Positions 28,165-37,680 of a stretch of DNA of 64,000 nt are shown piece by piece. The notes under the pieces are model-generated. The model ran no database searches and was not told the DNA's origin. It saw only the letters and a program-made list of their open reading frames with translations. Each line of letters starts with the position of its first letter. Position 1 is the stretch's first letter. Source of the DNA: Balanoglossus misakiensis (lineage: Eukaryota > Animalia > Hemichordata); the NCBI GenBank assembly GCA_040954595.2, contig CM082598.2, forward strand, positions 9,191,097 to 9,255,096, in the 5' to 3' direction. The position numbers were made by a program, and so were the translations under genes.

Positions 28165-28298
28165 TACAATCTCACACACCAAGGACCTTGGATCATATTT
28201 CTCGCACTCATCAGGGATATGTTGTCCCACACGAGCCACAGGAAATCCCCAACTCGTGTGAGAAATATGATTCCAGGTCTTTGGGGTGTGAGATTCTA
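28165..28298. mobile_element. 134-bp hairpin MITE-like element (TAG..CTA-type ends, possibly Academ-like)
   Basis: Left TACAATCTCACACACCAAGGACCTTGGATCATATTTCTC matches the reverse complement of the right end, TAGAATCTCACACCCCAAAGACCTGGAATCATATTTCTC (about 40 bp, about 5 mismatches). No clear TSD; the family assignment is inference. Confidence 0.4.
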
Positions 28299-28666
28299 GT
28301 AGTCTCCATCTAGAATGAGCTCTATTCCTTTTCCCCTAAAATATAAAGGAGACAATAGACAGATGAAACATGAATTCATTTGTATATATATAAAGCTTTT
28401 GATCTTGTTGATCATGAAATTTTGCTTTCCAAACTGTCTGTATACAGGCTTTCCGAATTGTCGCTCAAGTGGTTTCGGTCATACCTTTCAGAACGTAGTC
28501 AATTTGTTTCATACATGGGAGCAGACTCTGACGTTATGCCAATGACAAGCGGTGTACCTCAAGGCTCTATTTTAGGACCACTCTTAGTTTTAATGTTCAT
28601 CTATGGAAAGCCGTGGCTGTCTTAAGTGACATAAAATTATGTTGACATGGGGATTCTTTATATAAT

Positions 28667-29545
28667 GATGTGCATACGTTATAAGGTGATGCACATACGT
28701 TATAAGGTGATGGGCATACGTCATTATATGGTGTGGTTACGTTATAAGGTGATGGGCATACGTCATTATATGGTGTGGTTACGTTATAAGGTGATGGGCA
28801 TACATCATTATATGGTGTGGTTACGTTATAAGGTGATGGGCATACGTCGTTATATGGTGTGGTTACGTTATAAGGTGATGGGCATACATCGTTATATGGT
28901 GTGGTTACGTTATAAGGTGATGGGCATACGTCGTTATATGGTGTGGTTACGTTATAAGGTGATGGGCATACGTCATTATATGGTGTGGTTACGTTATAAG
29001 GTGATGGGCATACGTCGTTATATGGTGTGGTTACGTTATAAGGTGATGGGCATACGTCGTTATATGGTGTGGTTACGTTATAAGGTGATGGGCATACGTC
29101 GTTATATGGTGTGGTTACGTTATAAGGTGATGGGCATACGTCATTATATGGTGTGGTTACGTTATAAGGTGATGGGCATACGTCGTTATATGGTGTGGTT
29201 ACGTTATAAGGTGATGGGCATACGTCGTTATATGGTGTGGTTACGTTATAAGGTGATGGGCATACGTCATTATATGGTGTGGTTACGTTATAAGGTGATG
29301 GGCATACATCGTTATATGGTGTGGGTACGTTATAAGGTGATGGGCATACGTGGTTATATGGTGTGGTTACGTTATAAGGTGATGGGCATACGTCCTTATA
29401 TGGTGTGGTTACGTTATAAGGTAATGCTCTTATGTTATAGGGTGATGCGGACACTTTATAAGGTGATGTGCTTACGTTATAAGGTGATGCGCTTACGTTA
29501 TAAGGTTATGGGCATACGTCGTTATATGGTGTGGTTACGTCGTTA
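28667..29545. repeat. 42-bp/21-bp minisatellite in left arm of foldback element 1
   Basis: GTGATGGGCATACGTCGTTATATGGTGTGGTTACGTTATAAG (42 nt), about 18 copies, plus a few 21-nt units GTGATGGGCATACGTTATAAG. Confidence 0.95.
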
Positions 29546-30349
29546 TTAGCTGTGGAAACGCAGCTGTTCCGCCTGGGGGATATGCAAATTACCCTGCGTC
29601 ATCCTCATATCATCCTCAGCTTCGTGACCTTAGGAAGATTAATAACAATCCGTCATCGGCGATTCGTAAAACTTTACGATAATATTTAAATATTATCATT
29701 TCTTTCACTGACTTGGATAAATGTAAATACGGATACGACTGGTTTTTAAATGCTTTATAGCAGTGAATAAGAAACTCACGAGAGAAAATTGCTTCAAGGT
29801 CAAAGGTTATTGCAAAAACATGTCAATAAAAAAATTATCGTGAATTTCGGATATTTGATGTGATCTAAAAAAAGCGAAACCAATATAGGTAAAGTATTTT
29901 CATGGGATAGTCTAAATAATTGATTGGATTTCTTATTTTGACTCTATTTGTTCTATTTGCTGATCGTTCAGTCTCGACTCGACTGTTTGGACATTTGCAA
30001 TAAACTTTGACCTCGAAGCAATTTTCTCTCGGGAGTTTCTTATTCGCTGCTATAAAGCATTTAAAAACAGAAGTCGTATCCGTATTTACATTTATCCAAG
30101 TCAGTGAAAGAAATGATAATATTTAAATATTATCTTTAAGTTTAACGAATCGCCAATGACGGATTGTTATTAATCTTCCTAAGGTCACGAAGCTGAGGAT
30201 GATATGAGGATGAGGCTGGCGAATATGAGGATGAGGGTAAGGCCAACATTACAACCATGTGTGCATGTGTTACTAAATGTTTGAACATCCGGGACACACA
30301 GGGTAATTTGCATATCCCCCAGGCGGAACAGCTGCGTTTCCACAGCTAA

Positions 30350-31162
30350 TAACGACGTAACCACACCATATAACGACGTATGCCCATCACCTTATAACGT
30401 AACCACACCATATAACGACGTATGCCCATCACCTTATAACGTAACCACACCATATAACGACGTATGCCCATCACCTTATAACGTAACCACACCATATAAC
30501 GACGTATGCCCATCACCTTATTACGTAACCACACCATATAACGACGTATGCCCATCACCTTATAACGTAACCACACCATATAACGACGTATGCCCATCAC
30601 CTTATTACGTAACCACACCATATAACGACGTATGCCCATCACCTTATAACGTATGCGCATCACCTTATAACGTATGTGCATCACCTTATAACGTATGCGC
30701 ATCACCTTATAACGTGAGCGCATCACCTTATAAAGTGTTCACATCACCTTATAACGTATGCGCATCACCTTATAAAGTGTTCACATCACCTTATAACTTA
30801 TGCCCATCACCTTATGTATGCCTATCACTGTTCAACTTATGCGCATCACCTTATAACGCAAGAACATCACAGTATAAAGTGTGCCCATCACCTTATACCG
30901 CATGCGCATCACCTTATAACGTATGCCCATTCCCTTATAACGTATGCCCATCACCTTATACCGCATGCACATCACCTTATAACGTATGCCCATCACCTTA
31001 TAACGTATGTGCATCACCTTATAACGTATGCCCATCACCTTATAACGTATGCCCATCACCTTATAAAGTATGCGCATCACCTTATAACGTATGCCCATCA
31101 CCTTATAACGTATGTGCATTACCTTATAACATATGCCCATCACCTTATAACGTATGCACATC
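30350..31162. repeat. inverted 42-bp/21-bp minisatellite in right arm of foldback element 1
   Basis: About 7 copies of the reverse-complement 42-mer (30350-30640), then about 25 diverged copies of CATCACCTTATAACGTATGCC-type 21-mers. Confidence 0.95.
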
Positions 31163-31643
31163 ATTATATAAAGAATCCCCATGTCAACATAATTTTATGT
31201 CACTTAAGACAGCCACGGCTTTCCATATTCATCAATGATCTTCCACTCTGCCTCATGTCGGGAAGTTTGAATATGTTTGCCGACGACCAGACCATGTGTG
31301 TTTCTGGCATTGATGTCGATGTCGAATGGTGATCTCCTTCCTGTCTCACACTGGGTTCGCAACAATAACATGGCTATAAATACTACAAAACAAAGCGTAT
31401 GGTTATTGCATCGTGTCCCAAAAGCAGAGTGTTCTTTGACTCTGACATTACGTTTCGTGTTCTTATTAATGGCACTCAAATCGACAATGTCACTACCCAC
31501 AAGTTACTTGGTATTCAAATTGACAACATGTTAAGTTGGGAAGACCACATCAACAATCTTTGTAAAAACCTTTCGACTAGAATTGGTGTTCTAAGACGAC
31601 TGTGCATTTTTTGTCAGAGACATACGGTGGACGATACCCACAC

Positions 31644-32146
31644 TCCTCTGCTATGCTAAGTCGGCCTCCTCTGCTATGCTAAATCCTCCTCTGCTATGCT
31701 AATTCCTCCTCTGCTATGCTAAGTCCTGCGATGCTAACTGAATCTGATCTGCTGTCGACCTCCTCTGCTATGCTATGTCGATCTGCGATGCTATGCTAAG
31801 TCCTGCGATGCTATGCTAAGTCCTGCGATGCTATGCTAATTCCTGTGATGCTAACTTAATCTGATCTGCTGTCGACCTCCTCTGCTATGCTATGTCGATC
31901 TGCGATGCTATACTAAGTCCTGGGATGCTATGCTAAGTCCTGCGATGCTATGCTAATTCCTGTGATGCTAACCAATCTGATCTGCTGTCGACCTCCTCTG
32001 CCATGCTATGTCGATCTGCGATGCTATACTAAGTCCTGGGATGCTATGCTAAGTCCTGCGATGCTATGCTAAGTCCTGCGATGCTATGCTAAGTCCTGCG
32101 ATGCTATGCTAAGTCCTGCGATGCTATGCTAAGTCCTGCGATGCTA
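31644..32146. repeat. 20-bp subterminal repeats in left arm of element 2
   Basis: GATGCTATGCTAAGTCCTGC-type units, partly organised in about 117-bp higher-order blocks (3 copies). Confidence 0.9.
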
Positions 32147-32774
32147 ACTTAACCGGAAGTACTGGAGTACATTTTTACGAACAAACATACGCTCGTCTCA
32201 CGGACTTGGTGAAGTTGTTATATTCGGACACTGATTTGGACGGCCGGAGAACTGAGAAAGCGGTAAGTGATAATAGAAATAACATCTGAATATCTTATCC
32301 ATAACATTTGTTTCGAAGATACGGATTTTGTAGGCGGCGACAACCTCTGCAATTAGAGGCGATCGTTTCCCCACTTTCCAATCCTTGAAATCAAGACTTC
32401 ATTTGCGGTCCTACTAATTACTGCCTGCCGCAGCCTGCCCATCATTTTCTGTGGAAATTGGCTGATCAGTTAAGCCCAATATATGATGAAATTAATATTC
32501 GCGTATCAGTGGCCTCTCTCGATATTGCGAAAATTTCAACTCGCAAAAATAACATGTTTTACATTATTAGAGTTTACCGTCTTTGGTGGAGAAGTCTATT
32601 TGTTTTGACATAACAGATTAATTTTGGTTGGCTGAGTTGAAGTTGCAAATTTATAGAGTTAACTATGTTCACAATTTTTCCTTATCATGGTATGTTTTCC
32701 TCATGGCTAAAGTAAATCGTTGTTTAATGAATGCTTCCTGTGTGTCTTATACGAGAGCCACTTTCCTTTTACAG

Positions 32775-32965
32775 GTGGTGTTGATTGTCTACAACCAATA
32801 CAATGTAACATTGAAGATCTGGACGTACAAGTATGTTCACCTTATTATGTGGTCGACTGTCAGCTAGATGAATATCTACATCACATTATGATGGATGATT
32901 TGCTATTGCCAGCCAGGAATCCATTAGATGCTGAAGCTCTCTACCTGACACTTTTGGAAGATTAA
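32775..32965 (+). pseudogene. putative terminal exon of an intron-containing (IS3EU-type) transposase
   Basis: Acceptor CTTTCCTTTTACAG|GT at 32761-32774, then open frame GVDCLQPIQCNIEDLDVQVCSPYYVVDCQLDEYLHHIMMDDLLLPARNPLDAEALYLTLLED*. The M....L.P.....A..LY..L tail resembles, by my recollection, C-termini of eukaryotic IS3-like integrase-core proteins; not searched. Confidence 0.5.
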
Positions 32966-33186
32966 CAGACTGAATCACAGTACTAGAAATATCCCATGAT
33001 TCATTCCGATATGTACCATCAGAGATTCCTCAGTCAAACCAATTGTGTATTTTGTGAATGGTGACTATAGTTTTCTTTGGTGTTCAAAGGGTTAATTATG
33101 TGCAAGTTAAAATGCTAAAAAATAGTTTGTAAACGGAAGTAGTAAAGAAAATGTATTATCATTTCAATGCATGTACTCGGTGTTAA

Positions 33187-33789
33187 AGCCCCAGTATTTC
33201 TCGTGTGCATCCATTTTTCATCATCGAAAAAAGCCCGTTTTTCCAGTACATCCATCATGGAATACTATATAATGAAGATGTAAGAAAGGTTTGGGCAATT
33301 GTAGCTACATGCAAGCCGAAAATATCGCCCGTAACACTTGAAATGATGCGCGGGTTTGTTTACAACGGAAATGTTGTACATGTCGATCAGCAAACGTGCC
33401 ACTTTGACATTTTGATGGTCAGACCATTTTCGGATTTGATCTGGTTCCATCGACTGATTTCTCCCATAAAGTTATCTTCCCAAAATTTCGCCGAATTAGT
33501 GCGCATTTCTTCGCTGAGTCGCTTGATTTGGGGCGACCAAACCTCTTCCGCATAGATTCACATTTGAGTGCGCATGCGCACTAGTCACGTGTGTCAACAT
33601 TAGCCTGACTCACGTGACTTTCTGTCCGGACAGAAAGTCATTCTTCACTCGTTATATTGTAAATTGTATGAGTTTATGAGCAGAGCTGGGGATGATGACT
33701 GTTCGATTCAGTATCAATTATCATCTACTTTTAGAAATTATAGATGCCGTTTCAAACAAAATTTTGCCCCTACGAGAAATACTGTGGCT
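33187..33789. mobile_element. Kolobok-like MITE (TTAA TSD, AG..CT ends) nested in element 2
   Basis: TTAA|AGCCCCAGTATTTCTCGT (33187-33204) ... ACGAGAAATACTGTGGCT|TTAA (33772-33789): 18-bp TIR with 1 mismatch. TTAA lies at 33183-33186 and 33790-33793. Confidence 0.8.
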
Positions 33790-35561
33790 TTAAGTAACTT
33801 GTTGGGCAAATGGACAAGTATAATATGAGGATTTTTCCCCCTGCACAATACAGAAAGATGTCCAGCAGTTATTTGTGATACTTCAGTTCATTATGATTAT
33901 TAGGCAAGTTTCAAAGCAAAAGTAAAATTTCATCACAATTGCATGTGACGTCACCATGAGGTTACACACTGTGGAGGTCAACTTGTCTTCTCAAGGCGGA
34001 ACAAGTTGTGTGTTTTTTTGCGTGCTGCCATTACCCAAGGTCCTAAAAATATAGCGAGTATTTAGATTCAATAGTAATCTTTCAGCCACCAAGTCGTCAT
34101 TTCTGTATCTACTTTGGTTTTGGAGTAATTCCACACTGAATCGAGTCTCAAACCAGTCATCAGTAACTCAACATGTTTCGTTTAGCTTAACATAGAATAA
34201 AATGACAAACTCATGTAAACCAAAATCTGAAGTGTCTATGTGTATGTTTTTTTACTTTTACAACTTATAACCTAGAACCTGTGAAAAGTACGGTGTTCTG
34301 TGCTGTGTATCTCCTCATTCAAAATTAACAGATGCAGCTCAGTTAATTGACTGTATGCAAATTAGGCTTGGTTGTTCAACTGTACAGAAAAGTTTGAAGT
34401 GAAACAGGGACACCTTAGTAAAACAAAAAGATACTGATATTTACTATTGACGGAACAAAAGAAATTTACATGTTAACTTTCAACAGAGACTGGCCACCTC
34501 AGTCATTTGCTTGTTTCCTCCAAAGTGCGACATTTGCAGTACATGAATACTTTGATTTCTAAGGCTTTTAAACTTTGATACTGTATTTGAAATTTTCCCT
34601 CTAATTCCTCAACGTATCATTGTTACTATGTTAAACAGAAAAAGATATTAAGATGGCAACCTTTGATGATACAAATCATGGCGAATGGTGGGTAGAATAT
34701 TGTACTCTGTGAATGACACACTTCACATGAAATATTTAAGTTTTCACCAAGTTTATTTTACCATGGTTGCCAATAAAGTACACTTGTAACAAAGTCAACT
34801 GTTTTTACAGATTTTATGCATGGTGGGTCTTGGTCCATTGGCCACTCGCCGAGCTGTGAGTTACACATACCTGTATGTAAATAAAATAAAACACTGAGAA
34901 TTTATTATATTACCAATTCTGGCAACAATTCATTGAAAATAGATATTCACATTTTTAACACACATGGTCCTTGAATTCAACTAAAAACACCAAAAAAATT
35001 CCAAAGAATATATGCCTAAAAACAAAACAAAAAATTAATCACCTTGATTTCTAGTTTAGAATAGGTGTTACTATGGTAACAAATTGTTTTCATCTTTCAA
35101 AACCAAAGATGAAATAATAGCCAATGGTGATTATCTGAGATATCTGCGCATTTGACTGACATGCAAGCTTTTCAAACATAACAATGCACACACAGACCAT
35201 GACTTTACTGAAGTAGAGTGGAGCTATCAAAATGTACACAATCAAAAGGTAAATAAAACTTTGGTTTTGTTCGTCAGTTGACTTGTTTAGCACTGGTTAA
35301 TGCTAACAACACACAGGTGGTATTGGGGTACACGCGCCTGAGGAAACGATCACACCGTTTATAACCTCTAATTGCAGAGTTTGTCGCCGCCTACAAAATC
35401 CGTATCTTCGAAACAAATGTTATGGATAAGATATTCAGATGTTATTTTTATTATCACTGACCGCTTTCTCAGTTCTCCGGCCGTCCAAATAACAACTTCA
35501 CCAAGTCCGTGAGACGAGCGTATGTTTGTTCGTAAAAATGTACTCCAGTACTTCCGGTTAA

Positions 35562-35870
35562 GTTAGCATCGCAGGACATAGCATAGCATCGCAGGACTTA
35601 GCATAGCATCGCAGATCGACATAGCATAGCAGAGGAGGTCGACAGCAGATCAGATTAAGTTAGCATCGCAGGACTTAGCATAGCATCGCAGGACTTAGCA
35701 TAGCATCGCAGATCGACATAGCATAGCAGAGGAGGTCGACAGCAGATCAGATTCAGTTAGCATCGCAGGAATTAGCATAGCATCGCAGGACTTAGCATAG
35801 CAGAGGAGGAATTAGCAAAGCAGAGGAGGACTTAGCATAGCAGAGGAGGCCGACTTAGCATAGCAGAGGA
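35562..35870. repeat. inverted 20-bp subterminal repeats in right arm of element 2
   Basis: GCAGGACTTAGCATAGCATC-type units, the reverse complement of the left-arm repeats, in fewer copies. Confidence 0.9.
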
Positions 35871-36064
35871 GTGTCGGTATCGGCCACCGTAGTATCGTCC
35901 ACCGTAGTATCGGCCACCGTAGAGACATGTACTTTTATTGCTCTACAATGCTTTGTTTCTCTCTTTGTTTGACTACTGCTGTATAGTTTGGGGTAATACG
36001 TCAAAGACAAACCTCCAAAGATTGAATAAACTTCAGAAAAGAGCTGCTAGGGTAATCCTTGGAG

Positions 36065-36117
36065 CACAGGGGCCTCTCCCTCCGCGATTTTGTTTGATTG
36101 TTTGTTTGTTTGTTTGT

Positions 36118-36149
<32 letters not shown>

Positions 36150-36972
36150 GATGATGATGATGATTTTTGGCATAATAAACAAATACATATTTCTTTATTA
36201 ATAAATATGGTTTGTTGACATGTAAAGGTTAGGGTATATTCGACAGGTTACGGTTAATGTTGGGATTTTTTCGATCCACGGCCCCGGGCATCACTAAGCC
36301 ATAAAGAGAGACAAGGGTGGAAACTAGCCCAGTACGGCAAAACCTGAACGTCTCGTTTCGGAAGGCTAAAAACGTTAGTGAGATTCAAATTGGACCAATC
36401 AAATAGCTTGTTAGTCCTGCAAGGGGACGTTAATTGATTTCAGCCTGGTCCCAACAAGCTATTTGATTGGTCCAATTTGAATTTTAGCCTTCCGAAACAA
36501 TACATTTAAGTTTGCCCATGGTGTGCCGTAAAAACTGTACGGATGTCAACGGAGAACGATGTGAAATATCGCCGATTTATACTTTTTTATTGAATTACAG
36601 GATAGATATAGTAAGTATAGAGTATGTTGTCACTGCAAACGTAATATTTACATTGTCAGACATTTATTTGTTGTGTTATTCTGGACTTAAAAAATACGGT
36701 GCTGGGACCCGGAAATGGGCTAGTCTCCACCCTTGTCTCTCTTTGAGGATTAGTGATATGTCCGGGGCCGTGGATCGACAAAAATGCCAACACAAATCCT
36801 AACCGTTGATAATACCCTAACCTGTCGAATATACCCTAACCTTTACATGTCAACAAACCATATTTATAAATAAAGAAATATGTATTTGTTTATTATGCCA
36901 AAAATCATCATCATCATCAACAACAACAACAACAAACAAACAAACAAAATCGCGGAGGGAGAGGCCCCTGTT
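36065..36972. mobile_element. non-autonomous foldback element with 7-bp TSD CTTGGAG (P/Galileo-like by ends)
   Basis: CACAGGGGCCTCTCCCTCCGCGATTTTG.../...CAAAATCGCGGAGGGAGAGGCCCCTGTT. CTTGGAG lies at 36058-36064 and 36973-36979. Arms of about 260 bp (36065-36330 and 36717-36972) contain GTTT/GTT/GAT microsatellites. Confidence 0.8.
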
Positions 36973-37504
36973 CTTGGAGTGGACACGACATTTTCATCCC
37001 GTTCTCTTCTCATCAGTCTGCATTGGTTACCTGTTGATTTTCGCATTGTATATTTCACGGCTATTATGACTTTCAAAGCTCTAAATGACCTCGCACCCAA
37101 CTATATTAGGGATCTTTTCCGACCTCTTTCAGAAATGAATCGTTTAAATACTCGAAGTGTCAGCGCCGGTGACCTCTACCCACCAAGGTTCAGGACTGCC
37201 ATGGGTCAAAGGTCGTTTGCCTATCGAGCAGCAAAAACTTGGAACTCAATTCCTGTATATATCCGTAACCATGCAAGTTTATCATCATTCAAATCAGCAT
37301 TGTACAGTTACCTTTTTACGAAGTTTTGTAATGAAGGTTCAGATTTGGATGGATAGCTTATTGTTTGATTGGATTTCTCATTTATTTATTTATTTATTTA
37401 TTCTTTCATTTATCTATGTCCTCGCTCTTTTTTTTTTCAGTTGTGTATTTACGATTCACTATTTATATGAACTTGTATTTTTTTTCATGAAGGCCCTGAT
37501 GTAA

Positions 37505-37546
37505 ATTACAATTCATTTGTAATCAGATTACCCTCTTTAAATAAAG

Positions 37547-37580
<34 letters not shown>
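37505..37580 (+). other. LINE 3' terminal stem-loop, AATAAA and (TAA)n tail
   Basis: ATTACAA-TTCAT-TTGTAAT hairpin at 37505-37523, AATAAA at 37540-37545, about 10 TAA repeats at 37549-37580. This is a typical CR1/L2-group 3' end. Confidence 0.8.
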
Positions 37581-37680
37581 TTAACATAGCTGTATCTTTT
37601 GGCTTTATTTTCAGTAATGTGTACAAAATAAAATTTCTTGTTCTACTCCAAACAGCATGCTACTATACCCGGTACCCACT

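Larger units (their letters stand above)
28602..31227. mobile_element. non-autonomous foldback DNA transposon, IS3EU-like (TATGG..CCATA, 6-bp TSD TTCATC)
   Basis: Termini TATGGAAAGCCGTGGCTGTC.../...GACAGCCACGGCTTTCCATA. TTCATC is duplicated at 28596-28601 and 31228-31233. Inverted arms of about 1.2 kb surround a unique core of about 160 bp (about 29827-29988). The superfamily is inferred from TAYGG ends plus the 6-bp TSD. Confidence 0.85.
31623..35921. mobile_element. internally deleted long-TIR DNA transposon, IS3EU-like (TACGG..CCGTA, 6-bp TSD GAGACA)
   Basis: Left end TACGGTGGACGATAC, right end ...GTATCGGCCACCGTA. GAGACA lies at 31617-31622 and 35922-35927. The inverted arms are about 31623-32359 and about 35365-35921. 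Confidence 0.85.
28392..37356 (+). pseudogene. LINE ORF2 reverse transcriptase remnant (split and frameshifted)
   Basis: Reconstructed protein: [15 protein letters not shown]...[17 protein letters not shown]|NDLPLCLMSGSLNMFADD...HKLLGIQIDNMLSWEDHI...LRRLCIFCQRH|VLLLLYNALFLSLFDYCCIVWGN...LQKRAARVILG|VDTTFSSRSLLISLHWLPV...RSFAYRAAKTWNSIP...stop at 37356. Two extra frameshifts lie near 31325 and 31390. Confidence 0.9.
28392..37580 (+). mobile_element. 5'-truncated CR1/L2-group (Crack/L2-like) LINE interrupted by three DNA-transposon insertions
   Basis: LINE segments are 28392-28601, 31228-31622, 35922-36064 and 36973-37580. They show RT motifs, a C-terminal region typical of CR1/L2 ORF2, and a 3' UTR with stem-loop, AATAAA and (TAA)n tail. 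Confidence 0.9.

Noticed and set aside
28597-31332. Repetitive ORFs (PYNVTTPYNDVCPS; RYKVMGIRRYMVWL)
   Set aside because: These are translations of the 21/42-bp TIR minisatellites, whose unit lengths are multiples of 3. They are open on both strands.
32495-32568. Possible Tc1/mariner-type MITE end (GCGAAAATTTCAACTCGCAAAAATAACATGTTTTACATTA)
   Set aside because: No partner TIR or TSD was found, so it is too weak to call.
33205-33555. 116-aa ORF in the Kolobok-like MITE
   Set aside because: It has no recognisable motif and a non-ATG start, and lies within a short non-autonomous element.
36333-36530. TACGG..CCGTA inner hairpin as a third IS3EU-like insertion
   Set aside because: The flanks (GCCCAG and AAAACT) show no 6-bp TSD. 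It is kept only as an internal hairpin.
28370-37600. TSD for the LINE
   Set aside because: No convincing duplication between the 5' junction (TGTATATATAT) and the sequence after the TAA tail.
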